From NCBI GenBank assembly GCA_040954595.2, contig CM082593.2:10553477-10617476 (forward strand): DNA of 64,000 nt, read 5' to 3'. The position numbers were made by a program, and so were the translations under genes. The notes under the pieces are model-generated. The model ran no database searches and had not been told where the DNA came from. It saw nothing but the letters and a program-made list of their open reading frames with translations. The stretch comes from Balanoglossus misakiensis. Lineage: Eukaryota > Animalia > Hemichordata. This document shows, in pieces, positions 55,448 through 64,000 of the stretch (position 1 is its first letter; each line of letters opens with the position of its first letter).

Positions 55448-55663
55448 GATTTAGTGGACCCAATCGAGATGGCAGTGTGGAATATGATTATTCAGATGGC
55501 AGGAAAGGTAGTGTCTTTGATGGTCGATGGGCAGACACAGAACCTGATGCCTCCACTGGGCAATGTGTGAGGTTAAACCTCTTTGAAAATAATTACCCAT
55601 TGTATCATGCAAGATGTGATGATGTCAGTCTGTCAATGTGTGAAGTAGCAGCTTGTGCTGAAG
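55448..55663 (+). CDS. Exon: C-type lectin C-terminal part (...WADTEPDASTGQCV...ARCDDVSLSMCEVAACAE)
   Basis: TTTTATAG acceptor and AG|GTAAGT donor. CTLD pattern W...EP...CV...C...CE. Confidence 0.92.
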
Positions 55664-55775
55664 GTAAGTCTGATTCAAATCAGCTAGAATCTTCCCTTAC
55701 TCGCATCAGGTCTTTACTTTTCTCGCACTGCTGTAGTCACCTCCCAATATATATACTAAGAGAGAGTGTGTGCAA

Positions 55776-56058
55776 AAGAGCGGGAGGGAGAGGCTGGGAG
55801 GGGAGAGTGAGAGGGGAGGGAGGGAGAGCTGGAGAGTGACAGGGAGGGAGGGAGGGAGGGTGGTAGTGAGGGAGAGGGGGAGAGAGAACTAGAGGGAGAG
55901 GGAGGGGTAGAGGGGGGTAGGGAGGGAGAGAGAGCTAGAGAGGGGTGGGAGGGAGGGAGAGGGGCGGGAGAGGGGAGGGAGAGGGGCGGGAGAGGGGAGG
56001 GAGAGAGCTAGAGAGGGAGGGGGAGGGGGTGGAAGGGAGGGAAGGAGAGAGAGTTAGA
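55776..56058. repeat. G/A-rich purine low-complexity tract
   Basis: About 280 bp of (GGGA)n/(GA)n with a short duplicated unit GAGAGGGGCGGGAGAGGGGAGG. Confidence 0.85.
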
Positions 56059-56209
56059 GTCCCCTAAGCAATACAAGATATACTTGGAAGAGCTCACCAC
56101 TAAAAGTTAAACAAGGGGGATCAGATCATGTGATGTCTCCTTGGGTGCAGAATGGTGTTATATTTGAAATTCAAAATTGAGGCCAGTTGTCGCTAGATAA
56201 TTCCACTCA

Positions 56210-57737
56210 TTAATTGTATGGTTATGTTTACTTAACAATTTCTTTTACACTATTTATGTAATAGAGAACCACCGACCCCGAGGTGGTTCTTGGTTTCTAA
56301 TTGCCGAGGGCCGCAGGCCCGAGGCGATTGGAAACCAAGAACCACTGAGGGGGAGGTGGTTCTCTAACTTAAACCACGACCCCCCACAGACATTGTCACC
56401 ATTGGAGCTTCGTGTACCACAAAGACGTCGTTTTACTCAACGATTCAATAAAATGAACGAACAAAAGCTTATCAAAAGAGGCTTATTCTTCATTGCTGAC
56501 TGTGAAATTTGGTTGGCCACCCCTTTTCCTATAAATGAATCATGTCGTGGGCAGGTAGTTCTAGACCGCCCTGCTGGGCCTTACAAGATCGCCCACGCTT
56601 GACAGGTGTTACTCTAAATGTTCATGCTTACGTGTCAGAGTGATATGCTAATTTCAAACTCTAATTTGCATCAAATTAAACTTTACAGGTGTGTTACGTA
56701 GTGTATTATGGGAAGCGTTACAGCTATTGGGGTTTTGCGTGCACATGGTAAGCTTACGCGAAAATTTTCTAGGCCAAATGCAGAAGGCCTACATGTAAGT
56801 GTCACGTTTTTTTTTTATTTTCCTTCAAATGTCCATGAAATCGATCTGAAGATACATGTAGTTCCGATCTATATCATCTGCGAAAACAAGCGGCTACATG
56901 TTGGTAAAGCAAAAACCGGGTAACAATGCTCTACATGGTACTACTGCCCGTCTGTGTATTGGCCTCCCTGGCTTTTGAACGAACCACTCTCTACGAGCCA
57001 CAGCGGCAACACGTCTGTATGGTAGCGATATTGGTGAGTAACTCATCTGCGAAAAGACTTGATACCGAAGTGAATCCGTCCGACATTACAAACCCACGTC
57101 TGGTGAACAGCAACAAAAAGTAAGCAGAATTTTGCAAGGTACGCGGGTTTTAGGCCTAAAACAGCCAACCTTGTTACATGTCGGTAGTGAAGCAAAATCG
57201 AAGTGAAGCATCTGGTTAGAGTAATACAAGCAAATCTGGGGATAATGTGATTTAGTATAATTTTCTAGAAATTTGTAGTTAGTTTATTGCAACGTTAGTT
57301 TGTTTCTGGTGAATTGATTTTTGTCTATTTTATACTTTTATTATCATGTTATGAAGACTCTCGAGAGCCACCAAGACATTAGCTTTGTACGTCAGTAGAC
57401 AAAACTGTGAATGTGAAGCATTGAATGAAATGATCCGGAGACTGTCGCATATCCAGTTCGCTTTCAATTAACATAACAATTACTCTATTCAAATGAAATG
57501 TACTTTGAATACAGGTATAGAAGTAAATGTAATTATGCAAATAAAGCATTGTGTATTTGTATTTTTGTTACGACAGGTGAGACTGAGTCCTGCGGTAGTT
57601 CTAGAACCCCCGGAGGTAGTTCTAGAACTACCCGGGACTTGGTTTTAAACCTGTGGTTTTGTGTGAGACGGAGGTTCTCTCAGTGAATGACTTGTCTATT
57701 GAATAGTGTGACGTCACGATCGTGGTTTAATTGTATG
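56210..57737 (+). mobile_element. ~1.5-kb non-autonomous element with a terminal hairpin and short direct repeats (Crypton-like architecture, family uncertain)
   Basis: Hairpin at 56262-56366 with centre CCGAGGGCCGCAGGCCCGAGG. Inverted pair TTAAACCACGA 56369-56379 / TCGTGGTTTAA 57720-57730. Direct repeat TTAATTGTATG at 56210-56220 and 57727-57737. Confidence 0.6.
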
Positions 57738-57806
57738 ATCATCTCCTTTGCAACTAAAGACTACTTTTGAACTGTCAGCAGAAAGTCTGATCCTCAAAGA
57801 ATTTTG

Positions 57807-58001
57807 TACTGTAAACAGGAAATTTTCGCGAGCGATACATTTTTGCGAACTATGCGAGAGCCAAAAAAACGCGAAAATAAACAAGTTGTGTAAAAATGTT
57901 TTTCGAAGATAGCAATGCCGTGAAATATGAGAATGCGAAAATCAATCATCGCATAACAGTTGCCACTTTTGATATCATGAAAAATTTCCTGTTTTACAGT
58001 A
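57807..58001. mobile_element. ~200-bp TA-flanked MITE (TACTGTAAA...TTTACAGTA family)
   Basis: TACTGTAAACAGGAAATTTT / AAATTTCCTGTTTTACAGTA termini. Homologous to copies at 62275, 62527 and 62954. Confidence 0.85.
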
Positions 58002-58312
58002 TGTCATAAATATAAATCAGAAACAAAACTGGGCCAAGTATTTTAAGAATCTGGCATCTGTCACACTGATAGTTTGAGCTTAGAGAATCATAATATGCGG
58101 TTCTTGGAATTTTCGGGTGTGATAAATGTCGTTTCAAAATTTTTACATTTGATTTATACTAATACAAACATTGTTTTATACATGTACATTGGATACTCAC
58201 TGTTGGTGAAGTAATTTTATCATCAATGAAATTTCGTCAACTTGATGAGCTGAATCTTTATGACCATTCATCACACAAACATACTCTTTCTTTTTATTTT
58301 AATGATATTCAG

Positions 58313-58437
58313 GAACATGTGGTGGTTTGGAAACTGGTGAATCGGGGACCTTTCACAGCACTGGATACCCAGATGATAATTATTACATTCTACAAGAATG
58401 TATTTGGACAATCCAGGGACCTGCAACATCCAGAATA
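58313..58437 (+). CDS. Exon: CUB1 first half (GTCGGLETGESGTFHSTGYPDDNYYILQECIWTIQGPATSRI), 3' end disrupted
   Basis: TTCAG acceptor. CUB motif CGG...SG...S.GYP..Y...C.W.I. No in-phase donor; reads into TAA at 58450-58452. Confidence 0.88.
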
Positions 58438-58686
58438 AGTGCTCACTTGTAAACTGTCAAATTCCAAAACCAGTTATTTTTTACAGTAAAACTTGCATAA
58501 ACCACTAACTCTGTCTAATCTGGAAACCTGCCTATACAAAACACCTTTTCCCGTCCATTCGACATACAAACACTTTAAAAAAAAAACCAGACACATGTAT
58601 TAGATTTAAATTCATTTCAACTAAAAAAAAAATAATTTGATTTTTTTCTTCCTTATAACAAACATGATTTTTGGTAAACTTTTGAA

Positions 58687-59673
58687 TTAAAGGGCCATTA
58701 TCTATAACTTCAGGCTAGTTTATCAGTAATTTTGTTTTGTGTTTATTACACCTCACGTATTATACCGTTTTCGTGATTGGCTGAGACGCGCTCACGTGAT
58801 ATAGAAAAAAAAGTGATATAACATGGCTAGAGTTGATATAGCCCTGTCGCGTGCGCTGATATTGCCCGCTTGGTTGTTTTGGTGTTCTGGGCACGACTTC
58901 TGCGCGTTCCAAACTGTCGTTCAATGGCTTCCTTCACGATCAGTCAACTCCCGCATCTATATGGCTTCAAAGCGACACACAGGCTTAACACCTGTTCTAC
59001 TGGATGATATTTTACTGCAAACGGGCAGTAAATACACCAAAATCGCAACCAACAGCGCAGTATTTTCAAAATAATCTAAGTTCGAAGTAGGTATCGTATA
59101 ATTCTTGGGAGATCGAGACATTTTACATTCTCAGCAACGTACGACATATGGACGCGAGTCTACATGCTACATGCTGCAGTGTATGTACGTTCAAATGTTC
59201 GGCGTAATAAAATTAATAACACATTATGCTCGGGCAACATCACGATTTGAAGCCTGCCCTCGGGCTGGTGATCTCTGACCAAAATATTGATGATACCCTC
59301 GCCTGCGGCTCGGGCATCATCAATATTATGGTCAGAGATCACCATCCCTCATGCAGGCTTCAAATCGTGATATTGCCCTCGCTATCATGTGTTATTATTT
59401 AAATTAAACACTTTTTCTTGTTCCTCTCCTCATGAGTAACCCATCACACCCAGCTCTCTGCTTGTCAACGAGTCATGTGTATGTGTACTGACTGTTGTTA
59501 TTATTTACGAATGTTTTCAAACAACAACAATGCCGATTGTGCCCTCATAGGTTTCGTTGAGAAGTTAAGACTATGGATTTAACTCTGCCCTGCGTAGCTG
59601 AACAAGAAACTATAATTGATACACAGAATAGAAATACTGAAAAATGCAAAAAGTTACAGCTAATGGGGCTTAA
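58687..59673. mobile_element. Old TTAA MITE (Kolobok-like) carrying a nested insertion
   Basis: TTAA|AGGGCCATTATCTATAACTT at left and AAGTTACAGCTAATGGGGC|TTAA at right (imperfect TIRs). Confidence 0.6.
58742..59402 (-). mobile_element. Non-autonomous element with a ~184-bp terminal hairpin (same architecture as 56210-57737, opposite orientation)
   Basis: Long hairpin at 59214-59397 (TAATAACACAT...ATGTGTTATTA) with centre CCCTCGCCTGCGGCTCGGG. The other end reads TTATTACAC...GATTGGCTG...CACGTG. Boundaries approximate. Confidence 0.65.
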
Positions 59674-59764
59674 GTCATGAAACTGTGTTTATTTTCATGT
59701 ATATTGGCTTGAGACAGCTCACTATTTATGATGTGCGTTGTGACATTTTTTTTATTCTTTTCAG

Positions 59765-59966
59765 TTTCTACATTTTGACACTGAACTTTATCATGATACT
59801 GTTGTCATTGTCGAGGTGTCTGTGTTTGACCCATCCAAAGTTCTTGCCACATACAGTGGACCGGACCAGCCTGATGAAGTTATTAGCAGTGGTAATGCAA
59901 TGTTGGTGAAATTTCTCTCAGATAGTTCGCATACTGCTACTGGCTTTGAAGCATCTTGGCAAGCAG
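59765..59966 (+). CDS. Exon: CUB1 second half (FLHFDTELYHDTVVIVE...LATYSG...SSGNAMLVKFLSDSSHTATGFEASWQA)
   Basis: TTTTCAG acceptor and AG|GTAATA donor. CUB motifs F..F.TE..D, SSGN.M.V.F.SD and GF.A.W. Confidence 0.93.
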
Positions 59967-60259
59967 GTAATACCAAGTTTTATACATAATGTAAAACTGG
60001 AAATTTTCGCAAACGATAAATTTTCGCGAACTACACATAAACTTTGCATGTGTGGACACAAGGCAACTAAAAGCATTAATGCTCTGTGTTTACCTTAGGC
60101 AAATAGTGTCTCTGAAACGTTTCGAATTTTACCCTACGTGAACCTGGTATAACATTATAGATTGCACATGTAGGCAATATTTGCCCTACCTCGACTGTGA
60201 TCTTGCTGATGTCCTGTTTGTGAAGTGTTTCTGTTAAGATGACTTCTTCTTTCTTTCAG

Positions 60260-60411
60260 TGTATTCTTTGTGTGGTGGGAATTTCATAGCACAGTCATAT
60301 AAACAGAATCTCAGCAGTACAGAATATTTTGAAGGCAAGAATTATCTCAACAATGAAGATTGTAACTGACAGCTGGCATCATTCACAACAGAATTTGTTG
60401 TCACTTTACAG
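60260..60411 (+). CDS. Exon: CUB2 first half with an in-frame stop (VYSLCGGNFIAQSYKQNLSS...NYLNNEDCN*QLAS...VVTLQ)
   Basis: Polypyrimidine tract + TTTCAG acceptor. CGG and Y.NN.DC motifs. TGA at 60367-60369 where CUB domains usually have Trp. Confidence 0.85.
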
Positions 60412-61166
60412 GTAGTGGATTCAGATGCAATTAATCGTGTGAGTTGTTTTACAGCATGACAAAAATTAGTAATTATATTTTTAAAAATACATTTTATTTT
60501 TGTCATTTCTGGTCAATTCTCAGTAGTCACTTTTCCGATTTCTTAAAATTTGGTTTACAAGGACCTACAATATTTGTTATTATGGTGTACATAAACATGT
60601 GACAAATATCAATACTGGGGAGGAGGGGGGTGGGTAGTTTTAGACATTTTTGGTCCAAAAGTCCACTTATGTCAGAAACGGCTCTTCCAGTTGTTTTGGA
60701 TTTTGGTTTATTGGGATGTGAAAATATTCTTTATCAGATGTATTCTTATATTACCTCATCAATGCTAAAGGTGTCCTTATATTGTCCCTTTAAATCACTT
60801 AAAATCATTCCCAAAGAATTTCAACCCAGTAAGAATTGTAAGGATCACAGATCTATCTTCTTTTGCCATTCTTTCTGGAAGTTTATAATATAAGCTAATC
60901 TGATACTGGGTCATTATGGAACTTTTTAACAGAAAAAATAACAAAATGTGAAAAAAGTTAAATGAGTTTAATTTGATAACTACATGTATAACGACAGAAA
61001 GGTTTGACCTAAGGAAGTCATATACAGTTAACAGTCATTTCTTCTGTCGCGTACGACTTTTTATCCAGAAGGCAATTATTATGTGATTTGATCCCCTAGC
61101 ACAAAATAAAAGGCAGCCAGGATTACACCAAACCTGTGGATTGAATTCATTATTCCTTGTTTGGTA

Positions 61167-61915
61167 TTTTTAGCTTGGCTGTCACTTGTGTCAGCCAAGC
61201 TGTAGCAGTAGGTTGATAAGTGTCCGTCTGTCGTCCGGCGTCCGTTGTCCGTCGTCCGTCAACTTTCGGTATTTCAATCTTCTTCGTTAAAACGACATTG
61301 CATATTTAGCTATAATTTGGTAGGAATGTGTGTTATGGTGCCCCTACCTGATTTTGTAAATTTGGATTTGATGGGGTCATAAATATGCAAATTAGATCTA
61401 AAAATAGAATGTTGGTCAAACATTTTCTTCTCCCTAACTACATGTACGATGGAGCTGAAATTTGGCAGGAATGTGTGTTATGGTGCCCCTACCTGATTTC
61501 ATAAATTTGGATATGATCGGGTCATGAATATGCAAATTAGATCTAAAAATATAATTTTTGGTAAAAAATCTTCTTCTCCCTAACTACATGTACGATGGAG
61601 CTGAAATTTGGTAGAATGTGTGTTATGGTGCCCCTACCTGATTTTGTTTTATTGGAATTTTGATCGGGTCATGAATATGCAAATTAGTACCTTGGTACTT
61701 CCTTATGATGTTGTTCATTAGGAATAAATTCTTTCTTTCTTTAGCACAATGAATCAGGCTGAATGTGGATATTAAATACTTGTGATGTCTATGTTTGGTT
61801 TTGTTTAATAGAATACAATTGTTATGATTAAAACCTAGGGTATTCATATCATTGCCCAGCTATAGGTTTCACTGTTAAAGTCAGCAGAGCTCTTTTGACC
61901 GATAGGTCACTTGTT
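61167..61915 (+). mobile_element. Complete Helentron-associated element (HINE/DINE-1/Pearl-type) with three 145-bp core repeats
   Basis: T-run start, AGCTTGGCTG...CAGCCAAGCT 5' inverted repeat, (GTCC)n-like microsatellite at 61220-61260, and core AATGTGTGTTATGGTGCCCCTACCTGATTT at 61325/61470/61615. 3' subterminal GTCAGCAGAGCT followed by hairpin TGACC-GATA-GGTCA and CTTGTT. Confidence 0.88.
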
Positions 61916-61924
61916 TCTTTAAAG

Positions 61925-62109
61925 GTTGCCAGGGAATTGAAATTCTGCGTAGTTTTGGCACGATTCAGTCACCAGGGTATGATGTTAGCACTTACCCTGA
62001 TGATGTTATGTGTAGCTGGTTAATCAAGGAACCAACTGGAAGACCATTAACTCTTATCTTTGATGAGAACTTTGGATTAGAGAGGAACACAGATGTTGAT
62101 TACATCATT
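61925..62109 (+). CDS. Exon: CUB3 first half (GCQGIEILRSFGTIQSPGYDVSTYPDDVMCSWLIKEPTGRPLTLIF...DYII)
   Basis: TTCTTTAAAG acceptor and GTGAGT donor. CUB motifs G.I.SPGY...YP...C.W.I. Confidence 0.92.
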
Positions 62110-62274
62110 GTGAGTATCAGATATGATCATGAGTCAGCCATGTTAAAAATATTTGTCATATTAAAAAATTTGTCATATTATTTTGCAGTGATTTTAGTTT
62201 GACAATTTTGGCAGACATTACTTCAAACTATACAACTTTGGAACACAATTTGGAAATTTAATTAATCACATATA

Positions 62275-62484
62275 TACTGTAAAACGGGATACTTTTGCAA
62301 CATGAAATTTTCGCGTTATCAAAAGAGGCAAGTGTTATGCAACAATAACTTTTCACGTTCTTGTATTTCACTGCATCATTATCCCCGAAAAACATTTTTA
62401 CGCAACTTTTTATTTTCATGTTTTGATGGCTCTCACGTAGATCGCGAAAAGTTATTGTTTGCGAACATTTCCCATTTTACAGTA
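62275..62484. mobile_element. TACTGTAAA-family MITE
   Basis: TACTGTAAAACGGGA...TCCCATTTTACAGTA termini. Confidence 0.85.
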
Positions 62485-62526
62485 TGTTGAGTAGCTGTTA
62501 CAGCAGGAAATGCAACAAGGATTGAA

Positions 62527-62725
62527 TACTATAAAATTTTCGTGAACGATAAATTTTCGTAAACTATGTGAGAGCCAAAAAATATGAAAATAAAAAGTCG
62601 CTTAAAATGCTTCAGAGATAACAATGCAGTAAAATATGGCAATGTGAAAATTAATTGTCGCGTAACAGTAGCCACCTTTGATATCGCGAAAATTTCCTGT
62701 TGTGAAGATTTCCCGTTTTACGGTA
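62527..62725. mobile_element. TACTGTAAA-family MITE, opposite orientation to 62275-62484
   Basis: TACTATAAAA...TCCCGTTTTACGGTA termini. Internal GAGAGCCAAAA and GCCACCTTTGATATCGCGAAAATTTCCTG as in 57807-58001. Confidence 0.8.
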
Positions 62726-62762
62726 TTTACAATGCATGCTTAATTTGTCTTTGTTTCTGAAG

Positions 62763-62946
62763 GTATACAATGGTACTGAGAGTGATGATGATGTCATTAT
62801 TGGTCCATGGAGTGGCAATTCTGATGGAGTCATTGATGGCACTGTGCCACCACCCGATTGCCGTACAGACATTGGACACTTTTCGGTTGTGTTCAGGAGT
62901 AGTAGAACACGACCAGCTAAAGGATTCAGGGCTTCATTTTCACCAG
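62763..62946 (+). CDS. Exon: CUB3 second half (VYNGTESDDDVIIGPWSG...FSVVFRSSRTRPAKGFRASFSP)
   Basis: TTTCTGAAG acceptor and AG|GTACAC donor. CUB motifs VYNG, F.S and KGF.A.F. Phase 0 joins the previous exon. Confidence 0.92.
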
Positions 62947-62953
62947 GTACACA

Positions 62954-63163
62954 TACTGTAAAACACTTTATTTTCACGAGTTGAAATTTTCGCGACATCG
63001 AGAGAGGCCACTGTTTCGCCAGTATTAATTTTCGCGTTCTCTTATTTCATTCATTGCATCTTTATCTTCAAAAAAATTACGCACCTTTTTATTTTCACGC
63101 TATTTTGGCTCTCGCGTATTTCGCGAAAATCTCTTGCTCGCGAAAATAAAGTGTTTTACAGTA
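62954..63163. mobile_element. TACTGTAAA-family MITE with 20-bp perfect TIRs
   Basis: TA|CTGTAAAACACTTTATTTTC ... GAAAATAAAGTGTTTTACAG|TA. Confidence 0.9.
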
Positions 63164-63378
63164 ACTTACTAACATTTCAGAAAAAGTTGTTACAGAATTC
63201 TTAGAAACACACTCTCCCTTTATTCCTTGTGATTTAGAGTCATTAATTGAAAGGTGCAAATGTTTTTGAATTTTTACGAAACTTCAAAGAGCTGGAAAAA
63301 CAGAGACAGTAATTTCTTACAATTGCAATGCAATTTTGGACCATTGACAGGAATGGCAACACTCTTGTATCACACTCA

Positions 63379-63610
63379 ATAAAGTGATGGGGTCGTCGCA
63401 CTGCGTTTGTTTGTTTATAAACATTGCAATTCATCCACAAATCCCTGAAATTAGACAGCCACGACCTACTAGGATCTTCAGTTGCTGTCATGGACAGTCT
63501 AGGATACTGTCAGCTGCTTCGTTCATTCTAAGAATTATCTTATTTGAGGGATTTGTGGATGAATTGTAATGTTTATAAACAAACGCATTGCGACGACCCC
63601 TTCACTTTAA
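63379..63610. mobile_element. Palindromic MITE with ~70-bp imperfect TIRs (TTAA-type end)
   Basis: AAAGTGATGGGGTCGTCGCACTGCGTTTGTTT...ATTCATCCACAAATCCC is inverted at 63540-63608. Right flank is TTAA. Confidence 0.85.
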
Positions 63611-63681
63611 AACAACTGACATTTATGAGTTTAAGTATTTGTCTGCATGCATTCTTATCATTGTGATCCTTGTTCTGACAG

Positions 63682-63735
63682 ACTGTCCCGAAATTGTGAT
63701 TAGTGAGGGCGTGGTGACCAGTACAGAGATAGAAG
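63682..63735 (+). CDS. Exon: start of a Sushi/CCP-like domain (DCPEIVISEGVVTSTEIE)
   Basis: TTCTGACAG acceptor and AG|GTATGA donor. Phase 1 joins FSP to give FSPDCP. Confidence 0.7.
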
Positions 63736-63782
63736 GTATGATGTCTCTGTCTCATTCCAATGCTCGGACGGTTATCCAGTAG

Positions 63783-64000
63783 TTAAAGGGGATGTCCGGT
63801 CTAGCTGATATCTACATAATTTTGTAGCTTTGAGGTCACTCTTTCAGGAAAAAAAAAACATTTTTGCCGTGTATAAGTCGTACCAGCTATGCAAATATGC
63901 CTAGCCTGGTGTCTTGTATCCAAGATAATTAATGAAAAAAGTGCAGTGATGAGAGAGACTTAATTTGTCTCTTGAATCTATTGTTAGCAACAACTTGAAT
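63783..64000. mobile_element. Probable left end of another TTAA (Kolobok-like) element
   Basis: TTAA|AGGGGATG start, like the other TTAA elements here. The partner end is not in the window. Confidence 0.35.

Larger units (their letters stand above)
48576..63735 (+). pseudogene. Multi-exon C-type lectin + 3xCUB + Sushi-start gene, uninflatable-like architecture, probably disabled; continues beyond the window
   Basis: Ten exons with AG acceptors, GT donors (one lost) and mostly compatible phases encode CTLD, CUB1, half of CUB2, CUB3 and a DCP start. Lesions: TGA at 60367, lost donor at ~58438, and no second half of CUB2 found. No start codon or signal-peptide exon identified. Confidence 0.72.

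Noticed and set aside
60367-60369. TGA as selenocysteine or programmed readthrough
   Set aside because: It aligns to the CUB Trp position (TGG>TGA is one transition), not a Cys, and other lesions are present in the gene.
57807-63163. Satellite derived from the TACTGTAAA MITEs (shared AAATTTTCG motif)
   Set aside because: The match is only ~9 bp of low-complexity sequence with no extended alignment.

Overview
Eukaryotic (animal) DNA with three zones. The repeat types and intron structure suggest a marine invertebrate, but the taxon cannot be fixed from sequence alone. (1) 1-42526 is an uninterrupted head-to-tail array of an AT-rich 78-bp satellite (roughly 550 monomers), open at the left edge. 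It shows internal dyad symmetry, half-monomer deletion variants and irregular kb-scale block duplications. All ORFs called there are translations of the repeat. (2) 42527-47146 is a nested set of mobile elements. A minus-strand Helentron-type non-autonomous element with degenerate ~245-bp repeats runs up to the satellite. It is interrupted by a 5'-truncated non-LTR retrotransposon (endonuclease + RT, three in-frame stops), which is itself split by a young 795-bp TTAA MITE with perfect 128-bp TIRs. (3) 47.2-64 kb holds a spliced plus-strand gene, mostly missed by the ORF track, with 10 recoverable exons encoding C-type lectin, three CUB domains and the start of a Sushi-like domain. This is the N-terminal order of uninflatable-like proteins. 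It carries an in-frame TGA, a destroyed splice donor and apparently missing exons, so it is probably a pseudogene. Its introns are packed with MITEs and other non-autonomous elements. All coordinates and alignments were done by eye; family names come from recalled motifs, not database searches.
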